Source: Adineta vaga | Lineage: Eukaryota > Animalia > Rotifera | Direction of reading: 5' to 3' | DNA: 64,000 nucleotides | NCBI GenBank assembly: GCA_021613535.1 | Contig: CP075493.1 | Coordinates: 16,616,001-16,680,000 of the forward strand | In this document: in pieces, positions 1 to 13,780 of the stretch | Layout: every line of letters starts with the position of its first letter | How positions within the stretch are numbered: position 1 is the first letter of the stretch | Translations under genes and position numbers: made by a program | The notes under the pieces: generated by a model | Databases searched by the model: none | Seen by the model: only the letters and a program-made list of their open reading frames with translations | Told to the model about the DNA's origin: nothing

Positions 1-2422
1 AGTGGCGGTTGTAATATTACTGGTGACCTTGATGGTTTTATCAAAAACACATAATAAAATTCCATACGTAACATATAGCACAACAACATCATCACCATCA
101 CTATCAACAATAACAACAACGACAACAACAGCAGCAACAACAACGGCAACATCAACGACAACAGCAACAATAACAACAACGACAACAACAGCAGCAGCAA
201 CAACAGCAACATCAACGACAACAGCAACAATAACAACAACGACAACAACAGCAGCAGCAACAGCAACAACAACAATAACAACGACAACAACAACGGCAAC
301 ATCAACGACAACAGCAACAATAACAACAACGACAACAACAGCAGCAACAGCAACAACAACAATAACAACGACAACAACAACGGCAACATCAACGACAACA
401 GCAACAATAACAACAACGACAACAACAGCAGCAGCAACAACAGCAACATCAACGACAACAGCAACAATAACAATCACAACAACGACTGAATTCGTATCAA
501 AAATTCAAAGTCAGAAAAAAATTTTATACAAATTGTTTTCGACACGATATGTCTTAGAATTTCCTTTTGAAAAAGTTCGCGATCCAGGTCGATCAATCCC
601 ACGTTAGCTCTTATCGAATCGGACTATATTGATATAATTCTATAGGTGCCGAAGACCTTAGTCTACTATCTCTAAAAAGAGCGCTCGTAAAATTTGCAAC
701 AGTTGACATTTTGCCGACGGAATCCAAGATAATTTTGTCAGCTGGAACCCTTCTGAATTCTATTTCTACACGAACACTAAGAGAAAAATCAGAGACTCTA
801 AATGAATCTTTTTCTTCTATCCGTCGACGACGGAAATTGACGAAAAAGGAATAATGAATTTTTCTATAATCAAAAAGCGTGTTTTTTGAATCTAAGTATC
901 TGTACCAGTGAACATGTTACAATGCTAAAAAATAGTTTTTATACTTAAACTAATATGTCTCACACGATACTGAAAACGTCATTGAACAGCTATCTATAAC
1001 GCTCGATTATGACTCTTGTTCACTGCTTTATAATATCCTGATCAATGTCTTTTCTAAATAAAACTATACTAACGAAAATTTTCAGCATTAAGTAAGTTTT
1101 ACCTAATATATGTGAATTAATATACTGTAAAGAATTTTTATCGTTACAACAATCAGTAAATACGTATATTGACACTGAATTCTTTATGTAACTGATATAC
1201 TTCAAAATCAAGTCGGATGATTTTCATTAATTCTGTAGTTCATGTTGATTCGACTTTAAGTCTAGATCATTCACTTTTACTTTGCTCTCTATTCACATGC
1301 CACAAAATTCAAAATAGTTAAAACTTCAGTCTGAATCCTGAATTAATGCTCCATTTATATTTCGTATTTCAATCATGCGTTAGTATTTTTCTCGTAATTC
1401 TGTCTTGTATGATTATCAATAATATTATAATTATACTGTTCTTTTTTATTGATTACTTAGCATCAACAACTCAAATCGTAGTACCATCATCTTGCTCTAT
1501 TCCAGCTACGAACGCCGAATGGAACCAAGAAAGTACAATTTTGGTAAATCCTATTGGTCAATGTCTTTCAAATGACTATGGACTTTGTGGAGCACGAGAT
1601 TTCTTTATTGATAATATTCATGATAACCTTTATGTTGTCGATACAGGAAATAACCGTATTCAAAAGTACTCATTAACTGAACCATTCGATCCTCAACAAG
1701 GTGCAATTGGTATAACTGTTGCTTCCAAAGGTCTCATACAACCTGAAAGTATTTTTGTTGATAGTCAGACAGAAGATATGTATATACTAGATCATAAGAC
1801 GAAAATAATAGATTCCTCATATGATCCAGCCTATCGTGTTCAATTATGGAAGAAAAATGATGAAACTGGAAAACTTTTATTGGGTGAAGTAGCAGAATAT
1901 AGATATGGAGCGCATTCACATTTAACATTGGATAAAGAAATGAATATTTATGTTGCAACAAGATATTATATAAGAAAATGGCTATCATCGACTAACTATA
2001 CTCGGCGAGTGATTGTAGCAGGAAAGAGTGAACAAAGTGCATATGGAGCAAGTGATTTATGGGATCCCAGTTATTTCGGTTTTGACAATAATTTGACATT
2101 ATATATTGCCGATTGGCAAAACAGACGAATTCAGAAATGGTTGTTTAATGCAAATGAAGGTATTACCATTACGAGCAATCCAACATATGTTTATGGATTA
2201 GCAATAGATTGTAATGGATATCTTTATTATAATAATGAGCTCGACCGATCGATTTATCAAGTCAATTCGATAAATAATACGAAAACCATAGTTATTGGCG
2301 ATGAAAGTCGCTTTCATAAGATCAAACCTACTGGTACAAGTGTCCTAACATTTGATAAATTTGGTAATATTTTTGCTATTGACATGCCACGTGTAGTTGT
2401 TAGAAAGTTTTCACTTTTATAA
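1..2422 (+). CDS. NHL-repeat beta-propeller protein with N-terminal TM segment and Thr-rich mucin-like stalk (5' end outside window; exons about 1..490 and 1461..2422)
   Basis: Hydrophobic AVVILLVTLMVL followed by poly-Thr. Acceptor ttacttag|c at 1460. NHL motifs LYVVDTGNNRIQKY, LYIADWQNRRIQKW, FDKFGNIF. Joining of the two exons is inferred; the donor was not located. Confidence 0.8.
78..487 (+). repeat. (ACA/GCA)n coding low-complexity repeat with higher-order units
   Basis: Repeated acaacagcagcaacaacagcaacatcaacg blocks encoding TTTAAATTATSTTT. Confidence 0.9.
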
Positions 2423-2539
2423 GACTAATTTGTTGTAATTATCATTCATTCAATTAGAAATATACATCACATCTCTTTTAGTATCAAAATAAAAATATTC
2501 AGTTTTCATGCGTCTTTGACAATATCTGTATATACCGTT

Positions 2540-2594
2540 CTTGAGGGTGGGTGTGGGTGTGAAAGATGAGGAGATACCAACACCCACCCTCAAG
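2540..2594. mobile_element. Telomere-repeat hairpin mini-element (core GAAAGATGAGGAGAT)
   Basis: cttgagggtgggtgtgggtgt-core-accaacacccaccctcaag with inverted arms. Confidence 0.8.
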
Positions 2595-3299
2595 TAAGAG
2601 TTTTTACAAATATTTGATAATATGGAATCTTTAAACAAGAAAAAAAGAAATTATATTTTACTTTATTGTTTATAAGTTTTCCTAGAAGAACATATTGATT
2701 TTCATACAATTGTAATGACATAATTGTATCATTTGATTTTGTTAATGTACTATTTATCCAATTGTTTTTATTTGGTTTTAGATTTTTAACCATTATACAT
2801 AATTTCAGTTCAATATCAGTAAATTGTCGTAGAGTTTTTATTTGTTCTTTAATTTTGTCCATATTATCTGTCAATAAGACTCATAAAACATATTTTTCAA
2901 GCCATACAATTATTTCAACATATGTACCAAACTGTTAATTATTGATATATTCTGATACATTTGACTTGAATTGATATTCAGTTAATGATTCTATCTCATT
3001 TTTATTCATAATACCAAATTGCATCCTCAAGATGTAAATATTTTGAAACGTAATGTTTTAAATATTTTGCTAACCGGTTGATGATCCATATATTTCTTAC
3101 TTGTTTGATTCACATAAGGATCTACGAAGGATGATGAACGTGATTTTAATTCATTTTCTACTTTTTTATTTATGGAATATTGACTTTGAAGAATATTTTG
3201 AACACGAGATATTAAATCTTCATAAACAAATGAAGTTGCTATTTGAGAAATAACAGAAGTCATTGCCATATGATTTGTTATCTTTAATCAAGTAGAATT

Positions 3300-3367
3300 A
3301 TCTAAAAGAGGGTGTATGGGTGTTCGTGTTGACTGTAACATCATACTCACACCCACACCCTCAAGAT
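3300..3367. mobile_element. Telomere-repeat hairpin mini-element (degenerate)
   Basis: gagggtgtatgggtgt...cacacccacaccctcaagat. Confidence 0.7.
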
Positions 3368-3476
3368 TCTGAAGATAAATCCTGATGAGATAAATAAATG
3401 TCTTAATAACTGATTAAAAGATCTTAAATATGATTGATATAAATATAATACCGAACAATATCAAAAGTTCACTCAT

Positions 3477-4121
3477 TTACATCATTGGTGGTGCTACTAC
3501 GTTCGGTTGGATATGCAGAGTTTTCATCACAAATGTCTTCAAGGGATCTGTAAACAAAAATAAGCAAAATATTGTTGATACAGTTGCCATTTCCAAAAGT
3601 ATATAACCTATCTGATCATGATATTTTACTGGAGTAGTAAAGAACGACATTACTATCTTCACTAATATTACAATACGACGAATCATTTTCAGCTCTCGTT
3701 TGGTTCGTGCTAAAGTGTTCGATGTGATCACGTTATTGGTCATCTTTTTTACATATTGAATTAACTTAAAATATATCAACAGAAGCATTGAAATTGGAAC
3801 AGTATAATTCCATACGGTTCCATAAATAAGTAGAGACAGATAGACGAAGTTGTATTTGACAGATTTGATTTTCCGCCCTATATGTAATCTCATTAGTAAG
3901 AACACCTATAAAAGGGCATATAGTGCCGGATAGCCATGTTAAACAAATGAATAGACTTTGATATCCAACTGATTGAAACAATAGATGATTAGGATGAACA
4001 ATAGTCATATATCGATACAGAGCTTGCAAGAAAAACGAGAAGTTCAAAGCACAAAAGGCGGAATGAAAAATATAAACTCTAGCGATGCATAATGAATCTT
4101 GATAGTGTATTTGTTTGAGAT
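3477..4121 (-). pseudogene. 5'-truncated, frameshifted rhodopsin-like GPCR
   Basis: DLKQIHYQDSLCIA..NFSFFLQALYRYMTIVHP (TM3), ENQICQI, RELKMIRRIVIL, FTDPLK (TM7), split over two frames. The 5' part ends at the hairpin at 4120. Confidence 0.8.
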
Positions 4122-4182
4122 CTTGAGGGTTGGTATGGGTGTGGGTAAGTGTGAATACAAGAAACCCACATCCACACCCACA
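4120..4182. mobile_element. Telomere-repeat hairpin mini-element, right end truncated, at a gene junction
   Basis: atcttgagggttggtatgggtgtggg...acccacatccacacccaca. Confidence 0.75.
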
Positions 4183-4612
4183 AAAGTTATTTCCTGATCC
4201 TGGTTTTGAAGCACCCCGAATTCTTCGTGAACTACCGAACTCAGATGATTTCTATTTTGATACTGTTGGACAGGTCAAAATCGATCGATGGCCAAACGGA
4301 CGGGTGACTTTAGTAGGCGATACAGGTTACTCTCCTTCTCTACTCACTGACACGGGAGCAAGCATGGCTCCTGTTGGCGCTTACATTCTTGCCGGTGAAC
4401 TGTCACGCCATCAGGATTACAACGAGGCATTTAAGCAGTATGAAACATGGATGCGTCCTTATGTAACAAAAACTCAAAAATCATTCCTGGGATTTTACGC
4501 CTCGATTTACCAAACACACGCACTGCATAAGACATGTACTATTGAAAGTAGACTAGTCTATTCTTGTTCACGTGCATTACACATTGAATTATGTTTTGGT
4601 TTGGTAAAATAA
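4183..4612 (+). pseudogene. C-terminal fragment of a bacterial/fungal-type FAD-dependent monooxygenase (FAD_binding_3-like)
   Basis: DFYFDTVGQVKIDRWPNGRVTLVGDTGYSPS..GASMA.VGAYILAGEL...YE..MRP (GD motif). The N-terminal GxGxxG region is absent. Confidence 0.8.
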
Positions 4613-4674
4613 ATCCTGTCCTAATCGACATTATTTGTAAGTGTCGAAACCCCTAAGAGATTAGGATCAGCTAC

Positions 4675-4860
4675 AGATCTCATCAGATGGCTTTGTCGCT
4701 TAAAAATGATTTGAATCTAATTAATTTCAGCTTAAAAAACTAAAACTAGTCAAATTATAATCAAAATCCAGTAAATTACTCTGTTATAAGCCAGAGTTGG
4801 CTCAATTCAACTAGAAATAGCTAATTTAAATCTGTTTTAAACTACGAAGCCATCTGATCA
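4675..4860. mobile_element. MITE with atcagatggctt / aagccatctgat inverted ends; a related end occurs at about 63281
   Basis: Inverted terminal match; cagtctcatcagatggctt recurs at 63281-63299. Confidence 0.55.
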
Positions 4861-5052
4861 CCTCACGTCAAAAAATTAGACTAAACGGAAATCTAGGACA
4901 TGCAGTCTCAAATGCCGAAATAACCTTTCGATTTTGGCATTACTGAACATTTTTTTATAGCATACACATGCTTATAAAGAATATTTAATTTAAAATTAAT
5001 CAAAATACAAAGCACTGACATAAAATCGTAGGTTAGTTCTTCAAGTTTTCTT

Positions 5053-5980
5053 CTAATTAATGACGATTGTATGTAGGCAACGCTTTATTTGTTCTTTCCA
5101 ATATTGTCGAACTTCATGAGTATAAATAAATATATCCACTACTTGAATAATAACAGTAAATGTAGGTGGAATTTGTAATACATTATACAGCCAGTCTGGT
5201 ATTCTGAGATCTCTCATAGTTAAAGCAATATAAAGTGGTCCCCATCCAAAAATAAATACAATAAATAAGAAAAGTATATGTTTGAGTAGTTTTATATCTC
5301 GACGATTTTGTTGATGACTTGTATCTGTTCCAGTTGCAACACTCATCGTGACCGCATGAACACGTCGAGTGGATAATCGAACAAAAATCACAATAATCCC
5401 ATTGAAAATGATGTTGAAAATCACAGGAAGTATGACTATGAGGGATAGAGTATAAAACCAAATCCAATTGGAGAATCCAGTGCCACCGTCACATCTCTAC
5501 AAATACTAGCGAGATAATATTTTTTTGTTTCACTAATTTTACCTTTATATTAATAAGTAAAATTGGTATTGTCACAAGTAAACTAAAAATCCATTGTGCA
5601 ATTATTGATAAATACACCCAAGCTTTACTTTTAAAAAATCGTTTCATTGGAAAACATATTGTAAAACAACGACTAACAGTAATGACGCCTAGAGAATGAA
5701 CTACTAAACAATTGACGAGCTGTCCAACAGATAATGTAAGTGCACATAAGATGGGAGTTCCATAAAGAATGCGTGTACTGAATATACTGGATGTTTTCTC
5801 TATAGCCCAATATATAGTACACATGAGACAAGTTAAACAAAAATTTGTCGTCAAAATATTATTTGTAGTATGAAAACGTTGGATAAAAATGATTGTTAGA
5901 AGATAAAGTAATGGAAATGGAACAATAAGAATGAAAAGGATAGCTTGGATAGTAAGAACAATAAATGCTATATCTACCAT
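5053..5980 (-). CDS. Rhodopsin-like 7TM GPCR, 2 exons (5980..5543, 5496..5053)
   Basis: Seven hydrophobic segments; RFHTTNNILT, SRCFTICFP, RRDIKLLKH, FIFGWGP. A 46-nt GT-AG intron (5497..5542) joins the two ORFs in frame. Confidence 0.88.
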
Positions 5981-6630
5981 GTTTATGTAGTTTTTCAAAT
6001 AGATTGTAAACGCAAAATAATGATGTTCGTATAAAAAAAAAGTTCTTTTCTGGGACTTTTATATATTAGTTCAATGAAGTAGAATGTTCTATTATTTTAC
6101 GCATTCATGAATCTAACAGAAAAGATAATTTGATAAAAGTATTTTTAATCGTCTATTTAAATATAGTAGTTGTGATGATTTTAATGGTAAAGCTATACGC
6201 ACGAAGAGAACGATAAGATTTTACTTCTTTTTTTTTCAAGAATCGTATCATTTGATATAAAACACCCGATTATAAACTCGTCTGCCATGAAAAAGGAAAG
6301 AAAAGATCGTATAAAAAAAACATCAAGCTGTACTGAGCAGCAAGGATAATAAATGGATGAATCATTAGATTTCTTCTCAAAATATGTATTTTATAATCAT
6401 TTATAGATCATGAAATCGAAGTTCTTGTGAAGATAAATCGTCATTCGTGACTTGTAAAACAAGCCATTGATAGTTTAGTAAAGTCACATACATTATACTT
6501 TTACAATCATAATCAATTGTTTGCTTATGTTTACCGCTGTTGTCAATCCAAAATAGTTTTTTGTTATTCCATGGTACAAGAAGAAATTCTCCTACTGGTA
6601 AAGAAAGTAGATTATGGGAATATTCCTCAC

Positions 6631-6849
6631 CACTGGCGGCGCGCCATGTAGGCGAAGGGAAGCAATTGGTTCTTATTAACTTTCTCCAAATTACTGAATT
6701 TTGAAAAACAAGGTCAGTTTCATTTGTCTGACTCTGGTTACTCTGTAGTCAGTTTTCATGAACAATAGTTGAAAGTCAAAAATTTCTCGTTACTGTCGCC
6801 TGAAAAATCTAATTGCCTCCCCTAGACAACTGAGCTTGCGCCGCCCATG
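6631..6849. mobile_element. hAT-like MITE
   Basis: cactggcggcgc ... gcgccgcccatg inverted ends, internal GC-rich subterminal motifs. Confidence 0.5.
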
Positions 6850-6899
6850 CTCTTATCCTAACACTCTCGCGATCTTTTTCTAGACCGAGGGAAGCCCAA

Positions 6900-7195
6900 T
6901 GGAAAGTTTGGCGATCTTAGCTATTATAGAAACCGAATGGATAGCGAAGAGGCAGACAAACAGACAGAAACATACTACTTTATATATAGAGATATTGAGA
7001 AATTTTTCTGTAAGTCAGCAATGGTACAACCGATTGAGCTCATCTTCGAACTCGACCGAGATATTGATGAAACAATTATGTGTACAAAATTTCAGCTCAA
7101 TCAGATGTAGTTCTGAAGAGTTATTGAATAAACGGCGGGCCGGACGGACATACTGACCGATTTTAGTAGGGTACTCACTTTTTGAGTACACAATG
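6900..7195 (-). mobile_element. Helitron/Helentron-like non-autonomous fragments
   Basis: Minus strand reads TCTCTATATATAAAG...GTCTGTTTGTC (Helitron-type 5' end). A second segment (gtgtactcaaa..gagtac..tatctcggtcgagttcgaagatgagc) recurs at about 45570-45722. Confidence 0.55.
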
Positions 7196-7616
7196 AATGG
7201 AAAATTATTCTTAATATGATAAAACACTTCTACATCAAGTGGTTTTTTTGATCAAATAAATTCTTGAGCAAAAGTATGAACATCTTGTGGTTTAGATAAA
7301 TCACAAATATGTAATTCAACATTATGATTATTTGTTTCTTATATGATTTCATTTTGAACTTCCGCACCACGGTTTTTATCCCGACATACCATGTAAACAT
7401 GTGCATTATACGTTCAGCACATTCTGATGCAGCTATTTTTCCAAAACCTGATCGATTATATTTTACAATACCTTTAAGACCAAATGCTAAACCACAATAT
7501 ATAAACATAAGAGTGAATGAATCGAAAATAATATCTTTCTTTTCAATAATATAAGAGGAAGAGATAAATGACTAAAAGATCAACGAAACAGCAACATAAT
7601 GTATAGATGTCACACT

Positions 7617-7678
7617 ATCTCAGGGGTTTTGGTAAAAATCTAGTTGATAGTTATATTCTATATTCACACTCTCAAGAT
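7617..7678. mobile_element. Highly decayed telomere-repeat hairpin element
   Basis: atctcagggg ... cacactctcaagat termini. Confidence 0.45.
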
Positions 7679-7729
7679 TTAATATATAATGCTGACAAAA
7701 AATTGAAATGAAAAAAAAGTTTAAATATT

Positions 7730-10700
7730 TTATTCATCTCTGGATGCTTCTGGCATAGGAAAATTAGTGTCTACAGTTGTTGATATTTCTGGTTTTGATT
7801 GTTGTGATACAGAAGCACTATTTCGTTTCCTTACTCGTCGATTATCTGCTACGTTATTCGTTGATTCTTGTTGCTCTTTAATAGATGGAGGATCTGTTCG
7901 ACCCATTTTAACACGTGCCATTGCACCCATAATCCAATCGAGTGAATCAATTACCTATAGATATAAATATATATAGTAATATTGCATTTATCAAAGGTAC
8001 ATACTTTATCCAGACGATTATCAACGTGATTTACTCGATCACGAAGATGAGAAATATCTATCTCCATCGATGCAGATTTGTCATTAGTTTCAGTTTGAAT
8101 TCGTGTAAGAGTATTATTTAATTGATCTATACCAGATTTCAAATGCTTTGTCTCATCGTTTGTTGTCGTTGAAAGTTCAGATCTGCAAACATTAATGGTG
8201 GCAATATCTTTTATTTAATTATATTACTTACGAAGTATCTGTGGCTTTTTCATTCGAAACATCATCTGTTTGTGCATCAAACAATCGTCGAACATAATCA
8301 TTGGTAGAATATCGTTCAAATTCTGACCATGCGTCATCAGTGCTGCTATGAATTGGGATCATTTCTAAAATAAATAAACAATCAGATTATACAATTTTGA
8401 ATAGAAAATTGTACTAAAATATCGTGTATGTGTTTTGTTTCGACAACGGAGTTTACGGTAACACCATCGACAGATCTCAAACAATGAAATAAGAAATGTA
8501 AATGGAGGAAATAATTCTGGTCGACCATAATAATCCCGAACTAAACCACAACGATCATACGCCCAAATATAATTTGCTTGTTCTTGTACATTATTTATTG
8601 TAAAACTAAAAACATACTCATTTATAATATTATATTTCAATTCAATTTACCTAAACAAAGCAATGAGTAAATTGAGCAAAAGAATATTAACGAAAAGCAT
8701 ATGAAAAGCGAATAAGATCTGAGTCGCTATCTTAGTACCATCATCTGGTGTATCTACATAGATGAATTCATTCGATATTTATTTTATATATCAATTTTAC
8801 CATTCAAGTTTGAAAGTTCATCATCAAAACTACCAAGAATGAAATAGTAAACTGGTGAAACAATTTTTCTAAAAAATTCTCGACCATCAAAATCAATTGT
8901 ACCATAAGCTGTCATGGCTCTTGATGTCACGCCATAACCAAGTATAACAACTACAATGATGACGGCAAAAAATAACAGATCATTTGTCATTTTTCGAATC
9001 ATAACCAATTTTGGACCTAAACGAGGAAAAATGGTGATAAAAAGAGTCGAACGAATAAACCACAGTTCAAGATCATATGCTAAGACGATTCTTGCAGCTC
9101 CAAATGTCTCTGCATCTTTGAGAACGAAACGTAATATAAGTCCAATATAGAAAAGAAAATATGCTGGTAGAACTATACACAGATTAGAAGATCGATTCTT
9201 TAAATCTAAATAGGTCGATATTTTGCTTTTCCAAGATGTCGCATCTTGAAAAAAGAACTGGAAATAAATTAAAAAAACTAAATAGAATTGAAACGAATTA
9301 TTATGTATTAACCTGTCGAATATCTTCTAAGAGCATCGTAGTTACGAATATAATAGTTAATATCTCAGTCCAGTGAATATGTGAACTATTTTCTGAAGAT
9401 GGATCGAATGCATAGAGCATAAAATAACTGAAGAAGAGCAGGAATAGTATATAACCAAACTGTAAATTCCGGAGAGACTAAGATGAAAGAATATTTTCGA
9501 TATTAAAATGATCTTACACAAGTATAACAAAATTTAACTATTGGACAATTATGAAAATGTAGAAACTGTTTATATATTGGTTCATCAGTTTGATAATCAT
9601 CTCCATAGTTAATACCATATTTTTTCAATCTAAAATGATGTATAAATAAATTGAAATTTCATTCATAAATATTTTTACTGTCGTTTATTTGTTGATCTTT
9701 TGATTGTCTAATAATGAATATAAAATAATACATATAGATTTCTATAAATTTATTAATTTACTTCAATTTCTAATTTATTTGTTTGATCTTTCTTAAAATA
9801 TTTTTCATATGTTGAAGTAATAACTTGTGCAAAACCAATTGTTAACAAATCAATAGTAAGAGGCAAACGTTCTTGAGCTGGATCAATTTTATCATACCAT
9901 ATATTTGTTAATAAAGCTTTACAAGCATCTTCATGTAAAAATTTCTTATCATCAGCAGCAATAGCCATTTGTAAACATGTCACTTCTCCATAGAGATTTA
10001 CACGACGCATGATCAATTCACAAACTTGTTCACGATCATAAAGATACGAACAACGTACACATTCAATGGCATACATTTCAAAATCGTCTGCTTCTAATTT
10101 AAGTTTCGCCTTTGAATCTTCATCAGATGCATGTTTTATAAATGATTTAAGAATTTTCGAAGCAATAAGTGCTGAACAGATACGTGTCTTTAATTGACTA
10201 AGAAATATTTTTGCCATATCAAGTCGATGAGTAAGTATACACCATAAAAATAAATCACGACAAATATATTCACTGTCGAGCCTATTGATACCCATTTCAG
10301 GTGTTATTTGATATTTATTACTCGAGGATTCATGATTATATAATGGTTTCATAAAATCTCCAATCAAGATTTCAAGTATATCAGTTAAATGTATTTCTTT
10401 TGTGAAATCCAGATGTTTATTTACTTTCTCAAGAAGATACAATGGATCGTTCTAGAAGAATAAAAGAATTTCTTTTTAGAGAAGTTTGAACAAATTCAGC
10501 TTACATTTTTGCGCATAATTTTCGAATATAATTCTTTTAGATAAAGTTTCCATGATGTATCTGAAATACTCTTTTTTTCATCCGCAGTAGGAGTAAATAA
10601 AATAGCCAAGTCAATTCCAAGTTTGGTAAAATTACTAACAAACACCACTAAATTTTTATTAAGAGCATCAAAAAATAATCTTCGATTTTCTTGATTCTAA

Positions 10701-13700
10701 AAAAATGAACAATAATCATACAATGGTGTATTATATTACAATTTGAATTTAGAGAAAAAAAAGAGACTTTATTTCGAACTGAAAGTAATGGATTTAGGGC
10801 GCCAGAAAACTAGTCTATTATATCTATCAATTCATGTCCGCAATCCAATCCTTTTACATTCATCTAGAAGACTAGGGTACTAACGACGCTGCGAAACTCA
10901 TAAAATGACTTCATTGTTATTCTATGATGATCGGCAGTGTGTATAGGTCCACTCTTCATAATCAGAGTCTGAACAACTATTTTCATCGAAGAAAAAATGA
11001 TTCAATATGAGTGAGACTGAAATTTCTTGGACGAAGAAATTAGAACATATATGAATTCATGAAGTTTTTTTCGTCTTGTAGGGTCTTCAAATTTATCGAT
11101 GATGTTGGTAGAGTCTGTTGATTATTATGAGTTTTGTTGTTTTCTTTAGTCGCCCAGGGCGAACGTTCCGGCATCTTGAACCGGCAGGAATCCACGGGAA
11201 AACAATAATTTTCCCGCCATATCCAACAAGTAAAACATTGGAAAATGGAAGCAGTATTCCGGTCGGATTTTCCCGCTAAATTCCAACCGTTTTCCGACGG
11301 AACGAAATAGAAGTTGGTCAGAAAACAGCGGAAAAAATCCGAAATTATCCAGTTCGGAATACTGCTTCTATGTTTCTGCCGGAAAGCAAATTGTCCGACC
11401 GATTCCGAACAGTACACGTTTGACCTGGGTCCCTAAATTCCCTTGGTCCTTCTCAGGTTCACGAATCCAACATAGAATCTGATTGGATCCGAATACGGGA
11501 TTAGTGGGTCTAGGCCTTAGTCCCCTTAGTTTTTGCAGTTATCTGGAAGTTCTAATGGTTAGAAGAGTGATGAGGGTAACATCTGATTGAGAGACAATTT
11601 ATTGGTTTTAATTCAAACGACTATTCGTAGGAAAGATAATGTTTCTTGGTATATTCATCGTGAAAGATGTTGATTTGTTGGTTCCCTTAATTCTCGCTTT
11701 AAATATGTGTACGAAGGTTGATTTTTTCCAAAATTCATTTTGTAATATAAAAGACCATAGACTCCCAAAAACACAAAAAAAATCGATGAATAACTTACTT
11801 TTTTCGTATCTTTCCAATTCATTGCATTGTTAATTAAATAATTATCAGTAATGCTCCATCGAAGTGCAAGACGCATTTGATTATCGATTCTCAAACTATT
11901 TTTATCCGTTAATTTCGAAAGATTTTCTCGTGCTATAAATAAATCATAAATGAATTCCAAAAGGAAAATAATTAACTAACCTTGAACCATCGCTTCATAG
12001 ATCTTACTTTCCAAAGATTGGGATAGATTTATATCATAAATATGAATTCGATCACGTAAACTTGGTGTTAAACAACTTACAAACCAATATACATTTTGTG
12101 CAAAAAGTTTTTCTTCATCCATATCTAATAATTCTCCTACCGGTAATTTCTTACCGATAATATTGTACTCTTTCTGTCTCATACTGTGATAAAGTTTTCG
12201 CAAATCTTCAAAAATCTCTGTACGCATACTGCCGAATGGATTCGAAACTTCTCTTAAACTAAATAATAAAAACGAATAATTAAATTCATCATTTCTCTTG
12301 TTATATTTACTTACGTAGTCTTTTCAAATGAATAGTTAAGAAAATGTGCATCAATATTGTCTTTGACATTACTTTCGTTCTCATCAGATTTGAAAATAGC
12401 TATAAGAAATTTAGGAATTGACTGATGATTCGAAAAGCAAAAGGGTTAGAATACTTTGAGACAATTTAAAATATTTGCACATTATTGTCGCTAATGGTCC
12501 ACTTTGCTGCGTTATAGAAACAAAAGAATATATATGTATAAGTTCTGTATATAATAAAAATATTTCATACATCAATAATAAGAACAGGAATCATCTGTTT
12601 CAAATCAGTATATATCGGTTCAAGACTCTGAAGATCAGCTCCGGTAAGAATCGTAACTAATGGTACTAAATTGAAAAGAGACAGTTATACGATATTTTAT
12701 ATATATATAATAATGCTGACTTTTGCGATGCGCTCCGCCTGATAAATGTCTTGCCAGTTTTGAAGCAAAATCACCTGTATCCACTGAACCATGGGTACCA
12801 TCATCAAAAAAAATATATTCTGTAAGATTAGGTTCTAATTTGCATCGAGCAAGTGTTGTATGGTACAAAGGTTTATCATTGTCATTTCTAACATATAGAA
12901 TTGGATAAAGATTTTCAAAAGAAGTTGTACTCACGAGCTGTGCACACTTTTGATAATTTCAATAAAACCAAAGGCTGCGGGTTGAATTTTTGGTGGATCA
13001 ATAATATTACCCCATTTACCAACTCCAACTGCTCTGATGTTTATCTCGGGGTTTTTTATTCTACTTTTATAAATAATTTCACCAATCAATTGTGAAATTG
13101 TATCTTCTTTGTAACTATTCGTGATAATACACGCATCTGAAATTAAATCAAATATTTTCTTGTCACTTTTCAATACTCTTATATCTCCTACCGGATGCTA
13201 TAGCAGCGTCTAAAATTCCTTTCAACAATGCTTTCTCTAATTTGACATTCAATAGAGAACTTGTATCGCTCAACATACGTATAATCAAACCCGGCACATA
13301 TATATTCCATACGTTTAGTAACACTAAACAAAGTCGATCAAAATCTGTATTAATAGCACAACGTAAAAACTATAATACAAAGCAAGAGAAATCAATGTTA
13401 TTTTCAGTACAAAGATTGTATACATACAGGACTATTCGATTGTGGTAAAGCTTGAAAGAAACTGGTAGGTTTACTCTTGGTATGTTTTTGCCAACTCCAC
13501 TCTACCTTCGAGTGTTCATATGTGATATCAATATTGGTATGATTGGATTTATGTCGATTACAGACACAATATTTGTTGTCAACTCTACTCAATAGAATTT
13601 ATTTAATTGATAAATAGTTGATGATACATACTCTCGTGGAATAAACGTCGTACATATTCGTTCTTCAAATTGTAATTTTGCAATAGACGCGTGCCAACGT

Positions 13701-13780
13701 GATGATCCGTTCTATATTTCAAACTAGGATAAGAATGACACAATAGAAACAGAATTTATGCTACGTACGTTTTCAAACAT
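7730..13780 (-). CDS. TRPM-family cation channel, multi-exon: SLOG/MHR1-2, MHR3-4, 6TM, TRP box, coiled coil; no NUDT9H
   Basis: N-terminal W..F..RIC..FIP and CVC; AVGVGKWG; LEPNLTEYIFFDDG; DLFLWCIL; CSALIASKIL; TCLQMA; LLTNIWY; FGPKLVMIRKM; NILLLNLLIALF; W.YDR. Splice sites were traced for several exons, e.g. ATG 13780 with intron 13712..13768. Confidence 0.92.
11153..11429. mobile_element. CACTA/EnSpm-like MITE in a TRPM intron (CCCAGG..CCTGGG ends, CGGA/TCCG-rich)
   Basis: cccagggcgaacg ... cgtttgacctggg. Related right ends at 43899-43909 and 47358-47368. Confidence 0.65.
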
